Source of the DNA: the human T2T-CHM13v2.0 reference genome, Homo sapiens
Length of the DNA: 64,000 nucleotides
NCBI RefSeq assembly: GCF_009914755.1
Contig: NC_060927.1
Direction: 5' to 3' (one strand)
Below are positions 11,780 to 29,809 of the stretch, piece by piece. Made by a program: the position numbers and the translations under genes. The notes beneath the pieces are model-generated. The model was not told the origin of the DNA. It made no database searches and saw nothing but the letters and a program-made list of their open reading frames with translations. Each line of letters begins with the position of its first letter. Within the stretch, counting starts at the first letter, position 1.

Positions 11780-14700
11780 TTTTTTCTTTCAACGTTTACA
11801 TTAGATTCAGGGGATACATGTGCAGGTTTGTTATCTGGGTATATTGTATAATCCTGAGGTTTGGGTTATGAGTGATCTCATCACCCAGGTATTAAGCATA
11901 GTACCCAAGAGTTAGGTCTTCAGCCCTTTTCCTCCCTTCCCCCTGTAGTAGTCCCCAGTTTCCATTGTTGCCGTCTTTATGTCCATGAGTACTCAATGTT
12001 TAGCTACCACTTATAAGTGAGAATACGCAGTATTTGGTTTTCTTTTCCTATGTTAATTCGCTTAGGTTAATGGCCTCCAGCTGCATCTATGTTACTGCAA
12101 AGGACAAAATTTTGTTTGTGTTTATGGCTGCATAGTACGCCATGGTGTATAGGTGTATATTTACATTTTCTTTATCCAATGCACCATTGATGGGCACCTG
12201 GGTTGATTCCATGTCTTGGCTATTGTGAATAGTGCTGCATTGAAAATGAGAGTGCATGTGTCTTCTTGGTAGAATGATTTGTTTCCGTTTGGATTTATAT
12301 CCAGTAATTGAACTGACAGGTTAAATAGTAGTAGTGTTTTAAGTTTTTTAAGAAATCTCCAAATTGTTTCCCACAGTGGCTGAATTAATTTACATATGAT
12401 TTACAAATCATATTTATTGATTTGTGTGTGTAGAACCAACACTGTATAAGCATTCCCTTTCTCCACAGTCTTGCCAGCAACTGTTGTTTTTTGACTTTTT
12501 AATAACAGCCTTACTGTTATGAGATGATAGCTCATTGTGGTTTTGACTTGCATTTCTCTGATGGTTAGAGATGTTGAGCATTTTTTCATGTTTGTTGGTC
12601 ACTAGTATTTCTTTTGAGAAGTGTCCATTCATGTCTTTCTCCAACTTTTTCATGGAGTTATTTGGGTTTTGTTGCTAGTTTAATTGTTTCAGTTCCTTAA
12701 AGATCCCCAATATTAGATCTTTTTTGGATGCGTTGTTTGCAAATACATTCTTCCATTTGGTAGGTTGTCTGTTTACTCTTTTGACAGTTTCTTTTGCTGT
12801 GCAAATGCTCTTTAGTTTAATTAGGTCTCACCTGCCAATTTTCATTTTTGTTGCAATTACTTTTGAGTACTTTGTCATAAATTCTTTCTCAAAGCTACTG
12901 TCCAGAATGGTGCTTCCTAGGTTTTCTTCTAGGATTCTTAGTTTGAGATCTTACATTTAAAATTTTAATTTACATTGAGTTAATTTTTGTAAATGGTGAA
13001 AAGTAGGAGACAGTTTCATTCTTCTGCATATGCCTAGCCAGCTATCTCAGCACCATGTGTTGAACAGGGAGTCCTTTCTGCGTTGCCTATTTTTGTCAAC
13101 TTTGTTGAAGATCAGATGGCTGTGTGTGGTTTTATTTCTTCATTCTCTTTTCTGTTCCATTGGTCTATGTGTCTGTTTCTGTACCAGTACTATGCTGTTT
13201 GGGTTACTGTTGCCTTGTAGTATAGTTTGAAGTAGGGGAATGTTCTAGCTTTGTTGTTTTTTTGTTGTTGTTGTTGTTTAGTTTTTTTTTGTTTGTTTGT
13301 TTTTTTGCTGAGGATTGCTTTAGCTATTTGGGCTCTTTTTTGGTTCCATATAACTTTCAGAATAGTTTTTTCTAGTTCTGTGAGAAATGATGTTGGTAGT
13401 TTGACAGGAATAGCATTGAATTTATACATTGCTTTGGGTAGTATGGCCATTTTAATGCTATTTATTCTTCTAATTCATGAGCATGAGATATTTTTCCATT
13501 TGTTTGTGTCATCTCTGATTTTTTTTTAGCAGTGTTTTGTAGTTCTACTTGTAGAGATTTTTTCATCTCCTTGGTTAGATGTATTCCTAGGTATTTTTTT
13601 TTTTATTTTTGGTGGCTATTGAAAATGAGACTGCATTCTTGATTTGGCTGTCAGCTTGAACATTATGGGTATATAGAAATGCTGCTGATTTTTGAGTTGA
13701 CTTTGTATGCTGAAACTTTACTGAAATTGATTTTCATGTCCAGGAGACTTTTGGTGAAATCTTGAGGATTTTCTAAGTATAGGGTCATATTGCCTGTGAA
13801 GAGAGATAATTTGACTTCTTTTTCTTTTTGGATGTCTCTTATTTCTTTCTCTTGCCTGATTGCTCTGGCTAGCACTTCCATTACTATATTGATAGGAGGG
13901 GTGACAGTGGACATCATTATCTTGTTCCATTTCTCAAGGGGAATCCTTTTTTTCCTGCCCATTCAGTATGATGTAGACTGTGGGTGTGTTTGTCAAAGAT
14001 GGCTGTTATTATTATATTGCTTTCATGCCTAGTTTCTTGAGAGTTTTTATCGTAAAGGGATGTTGGATTTTATTGAAAGCTTTATCCGTGTTTCTTGATG
14101 ATTGTATGGTTTTTGCTTTTAATTTTGTTTATGTAGTGAATCATAATTACTGATTTGTGTATGTAGAACTAACCTTGCATCCCAGGAATCAAGCCTACTT
14201 GATCATGATTAATTAACTTTTTGATACTCTGTTGAATTCAGTTTCCTAGTATTTTGTTGAGGATTTTTGTGTATGTGTTCATCAGGGATATTGGCTTCTA
14301 GTTTTCTTTTTCTGTGGTGTCTTTGCCAGGTTTTGGTACCGTGGTGATGCCAGTTTGTAGACTGAGTTAGAAAGGCGTCCTTCTTCCTCAATTTTTTTGA
14401 AATAGTTTCAGTAGAATTGATACCAGCTCTTCTTTCTGCATCTGGTAGAATTTGACTGTGAATTCCTCTGGTCTGAGACTTTTTTTGGTTGGTAGATTAT
14501 TTATTACTGATTCAATTTTATAACTCAATATTGACCTGCTCAGGATTTTAATTTCTTCCTTATTCATTTTTGGCAGATTGTATGTTTCCAGGAATTTATC
14601 AATTTTCTCTAGATTTTCTAGTTTTGTGTTCATAAAGGATCTTTTGTACTTCTGTGGGATTGGTTGTAATGCTACCTTTCTCATTTCTGATTATGCTTAT

Positions 14701-15482
14701 TTGGTCTATCTCTTTTTTTTTCTTTGTTCATCTAGCTAGTAGTCTATTGATCTTGTTTATCCTTTCAAAAAACCAACTTTTGGGTTTTTTGGGCCTCAAT
14801 TTTGTTCAGTTTCATTCGATTTTAGTTATTTCTTTTCTTTTCTTCTACTAGCTTTGGAGTCAGTTTGTTCTTGTTTTTCTAGTTTCTCTGGGTGTGATAT
14901 TAGACTGTTAATTTGATATTTATCTTTTGAGGTGGGTGTTTAGCACTACAAAGTTTCCTCTTAACATGGCTTTTGCTGCATTCCAGAGATGCTGGTATAC
15001 TGTATGTCTATTTTCATTTGTTTCAAGGAATTTTTTGCTTTCTTTTTAATTTTGTTGTTTACCCAAAAGTCATTCAGGAGAAACTTGTTTAGTTTCCATG
15101 TAATTGTGTGGTTTTTGAGAGATATTCTTGGTATTGATTTCTATTTTTATTACACTGTAGTTGAAGAGAATGGCTGATATGATTTCAATTGTTTTGAAAT
15201 TATTGAAACTTGCTTCATGTCAGAGCATGTGGTCCATCTTAGAGTATGTCCTATGTGCAAATGAGAAGAATGTATGTTCTGTGGTTGATGGATAGAGTAT
15301 TCTATAGATATCTGTTAGGTCCAATTGGTGAAGTTTGGAGTGTAAGTCTAGAATTTCTTTGTGAGTTTTCTCCCTTGATGATCTATCTAATGCTGTCAGA
15401 AGGGTGTTGAAGTCCTCCACTATTATTGTGTGGCTGTCTGTGTCTTTTTTAGGTCTGGAAGTACTTGTTTTATAAATCTGTC
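11780..15482 (-). mobile_element. L1PA13-16-like element, 5'-truncated
   Basis: 3' end ttagattcaggggatacatgtgcagg and colinear ORF2 fragments up to the endonuclease region. Confidence 0.88.
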
Positions 15483-15765
15483 CCACTTCATTCTGCTATT
15501 GAGCCTATCCATTAGAGTTTTTAAAATTTTGGTTACATACTTTTACTTCTAAAATTATCATTTTCTTATTTAAATATTTTTATTTCTTTACTAGGATTTT
15601 ATTTCTGAGACTTAAATGTATGTTTTCATTTGTTTCAAGTGTGTTTGTCATTTTTGTTAAAGCATTTTTATGATGGCTTGTCAGATACTTCTTGCATCTC
15701 CAATATCTCAGTATTATTATCAGTTTGTTTATTTTTCATTATTTTTGGGATCTTCCTGGTTCTTT

Positions 15766-17712
<1,947 letters not shown>

Positions 17713-20700
17713 TTATGAGACTATGGATCATATTTAACCATTCTATTTTTGCTATCTTTTTCTCACATCAATTCATCAGGTAAATGAGGGAACACCACCT
17801 TATATCTGTGGGTAGGGGTGGAATCCAAGATTCCCCTCTCTGTATTAATTGAAACCCAAAGGGTACAGTTTCCTTATTACTGCCTGGTGTTGGTGGGAAT
17901 CCTGAATCTCCATACCTTTCTGGCTAGCAGAAACAGGAATGTCTTATTACTTCTTCCTTCATGAGTTTTGCTGACACCACAGTCAGGGTAGTTTCATTAC
18001 AAATAGGCAGTTGTGAAATTCCCGACTCTCCGCTTCCTCTCCTCTTACATTTTGTCAATGGTAACGGCCCCTTCATAACTTTTGTATGAGAGTGGAAATC
18101 CAAGTTTCCCATGTAGTCTTTACTGACAGCATGAGGGCGTCTGAGTTACTGTTCGGTAGAAGTAAATTTGCCTATTCCTGACTTATTATTGCTCTCTGCT
18201 ACCACCCTGGTGGATAGGTTGTGTTATCTTGTTACTACTTGGAAAGAGTTGAGGTCTAGGATATCCCTTGGCCTTTGATAGGATGGGTGGAGATGAAAGT
18301 CAAATGTTTTGTGTGATCTTTGCCTAGAATAGAGTAGCCATTGTTTAAAAGTTTTCTGTCTTCCTAAGTTGCCCCTTTCCTCTTTCTATGGCTTGAGAAA
18401 ACAGAATTTTGATGTGGCTTTTTTGACTGTGATTATTGGTCTTATTAGGTTGCTGGCTTCTTCAGCAGCAATCCAAGACATACGAAACAAAAAGGTAATC
18501 TAGAGAAATCAGTACCACACCATTCCATAGGGCTTGAGTTCCCAGGATTTGAGAGATTTTTTTTTTTGTTAATGTTTGTTTTATATATAATATCCAAGCT
18601 TTTTTGTTGTACTTTCTAGGAGGAATAGGAGAAATTATGTCTGTTTCATCTTTGCAGAAAGCTTGTTTGACTTTTTAATGTTATATCAACATGGAAATTA
18701 TGGAACAAATCTTACTTGGTCATGATGCATTGTTAACTCTGTATGCTCTTGGATTTGATTTGATAATATTTTATATAGAGAATTGACTTGCAACTTTTTT
18801 TCTGTGACAGCTTTGTCAGTTTGTGGGATCAAGTTTATGCTAGTTTCATAAAACAAGTTGAATTCTTCTCACTTTACTTCTCTGGAAAAGTTTGTGTCAG
18901 AATGGTATTTTTCTTTATTTACTTTTGATAAAAGTTATTGGTGAAGCTCTCTGAATTGGGAATTTTCTTAGGATTCAATTTTTAAAATAGATACAGAACA
19001 GTTTCCCTTTTCTATTTATTCCTTACTAGTTTTGTAGGTTGTATTTTTTCTATACTTCTTCAATTTCTTCTGTATCTTTGAATTTATTTGCATAAACTTC
19101 TTCATAATTTCCCCTTATTTCCCTTATAATACCTGTATGATCTCAGTTTTTTTATTCTTTTATTGGTGATTTATGTTTTAACTCTTTCTGTTTTTTGATT
19201 AGTCTATTTTTTATATTGTTTCCTCAAGGAACCAACTTTTGGCTGTTTAGATTTTCTATATTTAAAATTTATGTTCAATTTTATTATTTTTTCTTTTGTC
19301 TTTATTATTTCTGTTATTTTATTTTATTAGAGTTTAGTTAATTTTATTTTCTTGAGGTGTGTATTCTGTAAATGATTTTAGCCTATTATTTTAATGTTTG
19401 TATTGAAAGTTACAAATATCATTGTAAGCACAGCTTTAAAAGTATCCCACAATTCTTAACATGCTTTATTTTTATTATTACTCAATAATTACTATTAAAT
19501 TATTTTGAAATTATTATTTAAACTTAATACTTTTCACCTTGTAATTTACAACAGGGTATCTTCTTTGAGTAGGGGTTATTTTGAAATTCAAAATTTATTT
19601 TCCGAGCAGCTGGGATTTCTACATGTCTTTTGGATTTCTGGCTTAATTCCATTGTGGTCAGAAAGTATGTCTTAAATGGTTCTATTTTTTCCCTCATATG
19701 TGTTGACCCTAGTTTTCTAGTTTAGCACAATGTAAATTTTTATAATTTTTTAGGTACATGAAAAAATATATGCTCTTTCATCGTTGAGTACAGTTGCCTA
19801 TATATGCCAATTGGCTGATATTTATTCACATGTATAATATCTTTACTTTTTAACTCTGTTCTAACAATTATTTAAAAATATGTGTAAAAGTTTCCTACTC
19901 TGATTGTGGATCAGTCTATTTCTCTTTCATTTTTGTTATTTTTTCCTATATATTTTAAGCTATAATTTTTGGTGCATACAAATAACATTTTAATTTTCAT
20001 TTTGTTGGCTCTATCAACAATATGAAATGCTCTTTCTTATCTCAAGTAATACTTTTTGCTTTATAGTCTAATTCATTTAATTTTACTATATCTACTCCAC
20101 AAATACTTAGATGAGTATTTGTATGACAAATATTTTCCCATTGTTTTACTTTTTGCCTTTTGTATCTTTTTATTTAAGATATGTCTCCTCTAAGTTACAT
20201 AGTATTTTAACTTTTTGTGTATACTGACTAACTTTGTCTTTTTTGCCTCCTGTAGAATATTTCCTCTGTTTACATTTGATGTAATATAATTAAGTGGGTT
20301 TAAGTCTATCATTTTACTACTTTTGTATATTTTTTGGTTTTATGTTCTCCCTTTCTTCTATTTTGCCTTTTATCTAATCAAACTTAAAAAAAGTTCTTCT
20401 CTCTCTGTTTGTTAGTTAAAAATTATTTTCATTTTAGTTGTTATCCCAGAGATCACAACATACATTTTTAACTTAATAGAGTACAAAATATGGTAGTAGC
20501 TTTGCCACTTCCCAGAAAATTCTAACTTTTGTACTCTTTAATTCTTTTTAATTTTTCTGATCTCTTTCATTTATTGTGTTGTATTTTAATTCTATATACA
20601 CTTTAGTCACCATAACCCTTATTATTATTTAGTATAATAGGGAGTTATTTAAATTTATGCCCATATTTATTCATTTAGTAATTTTTATTTCTTTATTTTT

Positions 20701-21020
20701 GTGCTTCTCTTTGGCATCATTTTACTTCTGCCTGAAGTAGTCTCTTCAGTATTTATTTTAGTGAAATTCTTCTGTTGACAAATAGTTTTTGCTTGGCAGG
20801 AAACATCTTTATTTTGCTTTCATTTTTAAGAGAGATTTTATAATCCATCAAATTGAATTTGAAATGTGGTAGTTATTTTTCTTCAGCAAATTAAAAATGC
20901 ATTTTCATTGTTTTCTAGCTTTTATCACTTCTGTTGAGAAGTCAACTATCAGTCTTATTGTTGCTTCATTGAAAGTGATGTTTTCTTTTCTTTGGCTGCT
21001 TTTAAAATTTTCTCTTTGTC

Positions 21021-21290
21021 TGTGGCAAATTATGGCCCATGGATTAAATCTGGCCCAATGTGTCTATTTGTAAGGTTTTATTGGAATACAGCCATGGCCA
21101 TTTGATTACATGTAATCCATGGCTGCTTACAGCAGAATAGTTGTGACAAAGATAGTATGACCCTCACAATGTAAACTATTAGGTTGGTGCAAAAGTAATT
21201 GCAGTTTTTGTCATCACGTTTAATGGCGAAAACCACAATTAAAAAGAATGTTTTCTATCTGGCTCTTTACGGAAACAGTTAGTTCATTCC
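21021..21290. mobile_element. MER58A
   Basis: tggcaaattatggcccatgg ... ttttattggaatacagccat ... tatctggctctttac. Confidence 0.75.
21179..21241. mobile_element. MADE1 (Hsmar1 MITE), right TIR truncated
   Basis: TA followed by ttaggttggtgcaaaagtaattgcagtttttg ... aaaaccacaatta. Confidence 0.9.
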
Positions 21291-21599
21291 AATCTATAGT
21301 TTTCAGCAATTTGAGTTATAATATGCCTAGCTTTGCTTATTTATTTTTTCATTTAAAAAATCCTGTGTGAGGTTTATAAAGCTTCCTGAACTTTTAACTT
21401 GGTATGTTTCATAAGTTTGGGGAAAGTTTCAAAGAGTGGTCCTTACCATTCTTCCTCTTGACTCCTTTTTAGATGTCGATTGTCAAATTTTCAGCATCTC
21501 ACGTGCCATTTATACTCATTTCTCTATTTTCAATTCTTCTATTCATTCAGAGTAAATATTTTCTTATTATCTTATTATTTTATTTTGCTGTGCTGAAAG

Positions 21600-21908
<309 letters not shown>

Positions 21909-22917
21909 ACTGAAAAATTTTTGTATCTTCCTATTTTATTCTTACTATCAATTATGTTTTTCTGTTCTAAAATTTCCATTTAATTCTTTATAAATTCTAT
22001 TTTTCAAGTGAAGTTCTCCATTTTGTCTCATATTTTATTAAGCCTATTAATTGAAGTTATTTTAAAGTGAATGTCTTGATCCTCTAAGGATTTGTTTCTA
22101 TTGTCTACTTTTTTCTCATTTTTCCTTATATGGCCCTGCTCGTGGGAAGCCTGACGACTATTGGTAGATGTCAGATTTTGCACGTGAAAAGTTGAGATTA
22201 TCTAAAGCGCTGTTTGATATTATTTTCTTCCAGAAAGGATTTATTCTGCTTCTGGTAGGCAGTTAAAGTGGGGATAGAGTGCCTAATCTAGTTTGGGATT
22301 GAATTTGTTTGAAATGGAATTTCAGTCTTTGTTATAACTTATCTTAGTCTTGTTCACTTTCACTCCTAGGGTATATCCCTTTTGGGGTACTAATTTGAAG
22401 TCTAGATCTTCGTCAGACTCCTCTCTCCTTGGTTGCTCCTGAACTCTAATTTTTGTTTCTCCAGCTCTGTGAAACTGTAGAAAATCTGCTCAGCTTTCCA
22501 GCTCATTAGCCACTGTTTCCTGCTTTGCTTCCTAGGGTCTCAGCCCCGTGCGCTTATTATTGGAAAATGCCTTGAGGGCAAATGACACAGATCGTGTATC
22601 TCTTTGCTTTCCTTCTCTCTGTGATGCTGAGTCCTCATGTCGAATTGCCTTGCCAGGTCTATAATACCTTGAACACATCTAAAAATATGTATATTTGTGC
22701 AAAATTTCTAGTTCTTAACCGGAGAGTTGATCCGCAATAAGCTACCCCATGTGCAATAGAAGTAGCAATCCTTTAACCTACATAAAACTTTTCTTTAGCA
22801 TTTATGCCGAGAGACTGTGGTGATTCTTACTCTGAATAAATTTTCAAATTTTTATTTCCAGAATCCAGGGCATGTGTTCGTTTCTGATCAGAATACCTTC
22901 AAAATTATCAATGGCCC

Positions 22918-23213
<296 letters not shown>

Positions 23214-23282
23214 CTAGGATCTCTTTGTCCAGGAAGGATCTGTTTAGTCAGTTGAGGGGACTTAGTTTGTTTGTTTATTTGA

Positions 23283-23739
<457 letters not shown>

Positions 23740-23937
23740 CAGGATTTTATTTTTAGTTTACAATGGGAAGCAATTAGTGTCTATCAATAGGGAACTGATT
23801 AACCAGGATGTGTCCCCAAAAAGGAATACTATGCAGCTGTAAAAAAAAAAATACAAGAAGAAGAAAGTTATCTGTCAACTGATAAGGAATGATGATCAGG
23901 AAATATTTTCAAGAAACAAAAAAAAATCAAGGTTCAT

Positions 23938-24592
<655 letters not shown>

Positions 24593-25531
24593 TCATGTTA
24601 AGTTGTGAAGGAGCTCTTTATATGGCAGCCCAGATTATTAGAAAATAACATTTGATAAATAACCAGAATGTATTGGATGAGCAAATGATATGTATTCTAG
24701 AATTTGCTTAAATAGAAGTGTATCCCCTTTCGAATAACAGCTCGTAGGGCTAAATTCTTACTCCAGCACTAATGGCCAAAGCTTGAAACAGTTTGGAGTA
24801 TCTGGAGTCACCCTTAGAATGCATCCTTCCAAATGTGCTTAGTGGTGCAGATCTTTTTCCTTGGAGGTTGGAATTAACTTGTAGAAATAGCCTATAGCCA
24901 TTCAAGCCATAGTCTAGCTAATAATATGGTGACCAAATTTTGTAAAGCTTGGAAGTACAGTCTGCTAAGAGAGATGTAAAATTTGTTTCTGTATTTTAGG
25001 GTCTAATTCATCAACTTATTTTTAAACAAAATTTTACTTAGTGCCTACTGTGTGCCAAACACCCTGTTAGGTGCCAGGGAGAACAGTGAACAATACAAGT
25101 AATTAAATAATTGATTATTAATTCAAACAGTGAATATTCAACATGTAAAGTGGTTACACATGCATAATATAGACATACACACATATTGCACATTTGTGCA
25201 GTCCTATATATACATGTATACATACATACATACATTCCATATATGTCGTACGTTCTTATGTATTTTTCATATTGATTTGTCATATACACCCCACTCATTA
25301 GACTATCAAAATTCCAAGATATTTTTATATCTCTTAACAATGTCTAGTCTGTTATTTTGCATATATTGAGAACTTGGTTAGTATTGACTGACTGATTAGT
25401 ATTGATTCATTATCCATGTCTATATTTTTAAATAACAAACTCAAAATTACCCTAAGCTCAGAAGTTGTTTGATTATAATATTTCTTACTGACAGTTGGTT
25501 TCTTTTCATAATCTATGAGCAAAATACTTAC

Positions 25532-25687
25532 TTTAAATTGTAACACCTTTAGAGAAATTTTGATAAAACTCGATAGATGGAGGCCAGGCATCATCAGGGA
25601 AAAGAGGCTGCTTATGATTCATAAGAAACTGCATGATTCAAAATACATGGGAATATTTAATACAACAAGTGCTGATCGGCTCTGACC
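25532..25687 (-). pseudogene. Pseudo-exon 12 (phase 0 to 0)
   Basis: gaactctatag|GGT CAG ... TTT AAA|gtaagt; 156 nt: GQSRSALVVLNIPMYFESCSFL*IISSLFSLMMPGLHLSSFIKISLKVLQFK. Confidence 0.65.
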
Positions 25688-26161
25688 CTATAGAGTTCAG
25701 TTGCATTATAGCTGCTTGTCTTAAGGAAAGGATGGATTAAACGCCCACACACTTGGCACGTGAGCCCTCATATACATTTGTATTTTAACATCCTTGTGTT
25801 TCTTTTTGGCAATTAAATATGTTTTAAAGAGCACATTTTGCTTTTCCTAGCACTTTACTCTTAAATTAGAAACAAAAATAATAGAAATCTAAAATGACAC
25901 TCCAGAAACAGTGAATTCTTAGAGTTAGATTGTAGTGAAGTATGTGCATCAGTTGGAAGCAATATTAAAAATACTGCAGTTTGCTTTCTTATTCAGTTCT
26001 ATGTTTACTGTTCGAATGTAACAACTTAGTTGACATTTAATATTGAGATATGAAGATGTGTTTCAGAAACAGTTTCTGTGACTATATACTAGCCTGCTTC
26101 ATGTGCCACTACATTTATGGAATGAGCCTAACCCCGTAATAATTCCTTTAAATACATAAAC

Positions 26162-26302
26162 CATTTCTATTGTATATCTTCTAAACAATGAAGAATAGGA
26201 GAAAAACGTTCAAATGCTGATATAACTTCCCAAAACAAAGTATTTGCTTCAATTTTAGCAAGTCTCACTATGGTCCGAATACAATTGGGATAAGGTTGTT
26301 TT
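26162..26302 (-). pseudogene. Pseudo-exon 11 (141 nt; frame ambiguous)
   Basis: ttattacgttttcatag|AAAA ... ATG|gtttat. The phase-0 frame fits both neighbours: KTTLSQLYSDHSETC*N*SKYFVLGSYISI*TFFSYSSLFRRYTIEM. The ORF-track frame KQPYPNCIRTIVRL...LEDIQ* is more open but needs frameshifts. Confidence 0.6.
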
Positions 26303-26577
26303 CTATGAAAACGTAATAAGGCAGACAAAACCTTTTCATAAAAGCCATTTGACACTTGATTTTTCAGGATGAATATTTGAAGCAGAATGAAATGTCATGT
26401 CAAGAGTATATTATTAGAAAAATAGCAGATGGGTTGCAAATGAAGAGAAAACCTCCAAGGAACATAGAAAATTAAAGATGATTTGGGAATAACAGAAAAA
26501 GATGTTTCAGATATTTTGGTGGGAAAGAGATGAATCAGTCAGTCTATAAGGTTCTATCTTGCTCAAATAGACTGTGA

Positions 26578-26955
26578 TGTATCTGTCAGGATAGGCTCAG
26601 TTTGCTGCAGTAAAAAATGACCCCCCCATCTCAGTGGATTATGACTATAAATCTTTATTTCTGATTTGTACTTTATGTACATTGTGGTTCAGATGTGACT
26701 GCTTGTTTCACCCTGGGTTCCAAAATAATGGAAATTCTTCACGCTTTACTAGTCTTCATGGAAGAAGGAAAAGAAATCACAGGGAAGCAGGTGCTGGCTG
26801 TTAAAGCCACTACCTGGAAGTAATACCTATAATTTCTATCACATTTTATTATCCATCGCACATAAGATAGTCTTGCCATAGTTGAATGGGTGGTGAATTA
26901 TAATCCTCCTTTATGGAGAGGTAGTAAATATTCGTAAACAATGATACTGTACCAT
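26578..26955. mobile_element. LTR33-like ERVL LTR
   Basis: tgtatctgtcaggataggct ... atctcagtgg ... tttatttct. Confidence 0.65.
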
Positions 26956-27168
26956 GATGCCAGATGATGACAGAAAAAAGCATTGTTGTATTTAGAAATG
27001 CTGTAAGCATAAATACCTAGGGGAAGCCAAGGAAACTGAGAATAAGAGAAGTTGGCTGGATCCTAGGATGGGAGACAAATAGAAAAAAGGAATACTACTA
27101 GTAGCTTAAGGGCAGATTGTGGTAGGCTCTGAATATGTGCCCAAGAGGTTTAGACAGTAATGATATTC

Positions 27169-28040
27169 TGTAGAAACAAGTTCATTTTAGGTTAGGTTTC
27201 TGTAAAAGAAGAGCCCGGGGGGCTGCAAGTAATTTATTTGAGAGGTGATCCGAGGAAACAGGGTTGAGGGAAAGGGCAACTGAAACAAAAAAAGAGTAGC
27301 TATTGACAGGTGAATTATTGAGCTGGTTACTACTGTGGGCAACCCTAGCTTAACCCATTGGGAATGAAGTGAAGAGCTATGTTATTCTAGGTCCTCCAAG
27401 AAGGAGACATCAAGATTATGTTAAACATGAAATAATTTTATTAGAGGAAATGTCTTTGGGATAAAATGAAGAGAGTGCAGCATCCCAGGCTGTCCCACAG
27501 TCTAAGGAAATCCCCACAAGGCATTTGGGAAATCCTAGACTTAATTTATCAAAGGAATCCCATGACTTCCAGGAATAGCCATGCACTACTCAGTAATTAA
27601 ACAGGAGCAGCCTGTGGAAGAAAGGACTTCATCGTGAACATAGAGATGGATTTTAGAGCACAGCAGCTGGGGCCCTCAGTCCATGACGCACCCTGTAATT
27701 GAAGGGCTGCATGGTACATTCCCATGGCTACTGCAGGAACCAGTAAAATTCACCTCAGAATTGTCCCTTCCAAGGAAGAGAGGCTGAAGCATTTATCCAC
27801 TAATTTACTTTCTGTGTTGTTTAAGGATTGTTCCTAGGGGTGTAATCCCCATTTTTCCATGTGCATGGGATGAACCAATTCCTTCATCTTAAAAGAGAGC
27901 CCTGAGACTGGAAAGTGGAGACATGTGACAGGTGTCTATGGTGTAGTATTATCAGCATTTACAGGCTCCAACTATGACATCCATGCCTGGAATCCAGAGT
28001 GAGCAGACAGTTGTGATACAGGGCCTGCGAAAACAGCTGC
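27169..28040. mobile_element. LTR16-family ERVL LTR, probably two nested copies
   Basis: gcaagtaatttatttgagaggtgatcc motif; second unit at about 27380-27735. Confidence 0.55.
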
Positions 28041-28065
28041 TATATGGCTTATGGCAGGTTTTTTA

Positions 28066-28418
<353 letters not shown>

Positions 28419-28539
28419 GAATGATTTGTCTAGCTGCAGGATATAGAAAAACAGACAGAGTGGGGTCAGGAAGATCATAGTCATTGTCCAGGTGATACGT
28501 CTAGTATTATTGTATGACTATGCAGTTGGATAGAAAAGG

Positions 28540-28760
28540 CTTGAATTCTGATTTTGGAACAAGTTACTTACATTTTTTAAGACTTAATTTCCTTGTCTGT
28601 AAAATGGGGATAAAATAATGCCTACCTGATACATTTATATTCTATGGCAAGTTGTATAATTTTCTAGATTTTCTTTTGCATCTCTGTAAATGGGGATATG
28701 AATGCCCACCTAATAGCATTGCTGTCAGAATTAAATGAGTTAATAGCATGTGAGACACAA
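28540..28760 (+). mobile_element. Two MIR cores
   Basis: tctgtaaaatggggataa and tctgtaaatggggat ... aattaaatgagttaata. Confidence 0.7.
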
Positions 28761-28763
28761 TTT

Positions 28764-29283
28764 GTTGTCTAACAAATCTCAATTATCCAGTTTTGCCTTT
28801 TTAACAGAACCTTATTTGGGAGTGTGGGAAAGGCAGCAATTTTTTTCAGTTAGAATACCTCATATTTATGCTTCTTTGCATGTAGGAGTAGCCATTTAAA
28901 GATGTTACAGACAGAGAATTGTAAGTGAATGACTAATGGATGGAACTTCTGGGAAAGCTATTGGTTTGCTGATATATGACAGAGATTCAGGAACAGAATC
29001 ATTTGGAACATGCGTTTTTCTTTTCCCTTTCATTTTTCCCTTTGCTTCAAAGGCCAGTGTGATGTCTGGATCTTAAACAGAATTCCCTTCTGGCTGAGTA
29101 GAAAAGTTAAAGATGGTGGTAAAGGAAGAACCTGGATCTTTGATGACCTAATTGACTACCTATATTGATTTGATTTGTACTTCCAAATGTTTTGACATGT
29201 AATTGAAGATTAAAGTCATATTTGGTTCGAGCTACTGTAGTTGGCTTTGTTACATGTAGCTGAACATGATCCTGACTAAAAAC
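28764..29283 (+). mobile_element. MLT1 (MaLR) LTR
   Basis: aacctggatctttgatgac ... tgttacatgtagctgaacatgatcctgactaa. Confidence 0.6.
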
Positions 29284-29698
29284 AAAACAGGACAAGTTCT
29301 TAACAAAGTGTCTGGTATATTATATATATCAATAACTACTATTATTAGAGTTATGATTGTTTTCAGTAGTAAAAGATAATGATGGTTCTAATTCAGAGGT
29401 CCAGAAAGATTGGAGAGTAAGAGATGCTTATAAATGATATGTATAGGTAGGATCCAAAACACTTGTCAACTAACTGATGGTCATAGGCAAGAGGCAGGAG
29501 CCAAATGACTTGAAGCCTCCAAAATTGGAAGTCCGAAGACTCAGTAATGACATAAGTAATAGTTAACATTTTAAAAATGTGCTCACTGTGTACCAGCCAA
29601 GTTCTAAGCATTTGACCAGTGTTCATTATTGGACAGTAGTGCTACTAACAGCCCAGGAAAGGTGTAGCAGTACAGTGATGAGAAAATGATCAATTCAC

Positions 29699-29809
29699 TC
29701 TAGGATGTGGAGACTCTAACAGGACAGCCACATTTCCAGAGCAGAAGGAAATGTATGCTTGCTCCTTGGAAGATGAATTGGGATGTTGGATATTTGGGTT
29801 TGGCATGAC
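29699..29809 (-). pseudogene. Pseudo-exon 10 (phase 0 to 0)
   Basis: ttctcaccataagtag|GTC ATG ... AGA|gtgaat; 111 nt, open: VMPNPNIQHPNSSSKEQAYISFCSGNVAVLLESPHPR; follows a 112-nt intron. Confidence 0.65.

Noticed and set aside
26167-26355. YPNCIRTIVRL as a kinase HPNIV-like motif
   Set aside because: No other kinase motifs, and the phase-consistent frame of this exon is a different one.
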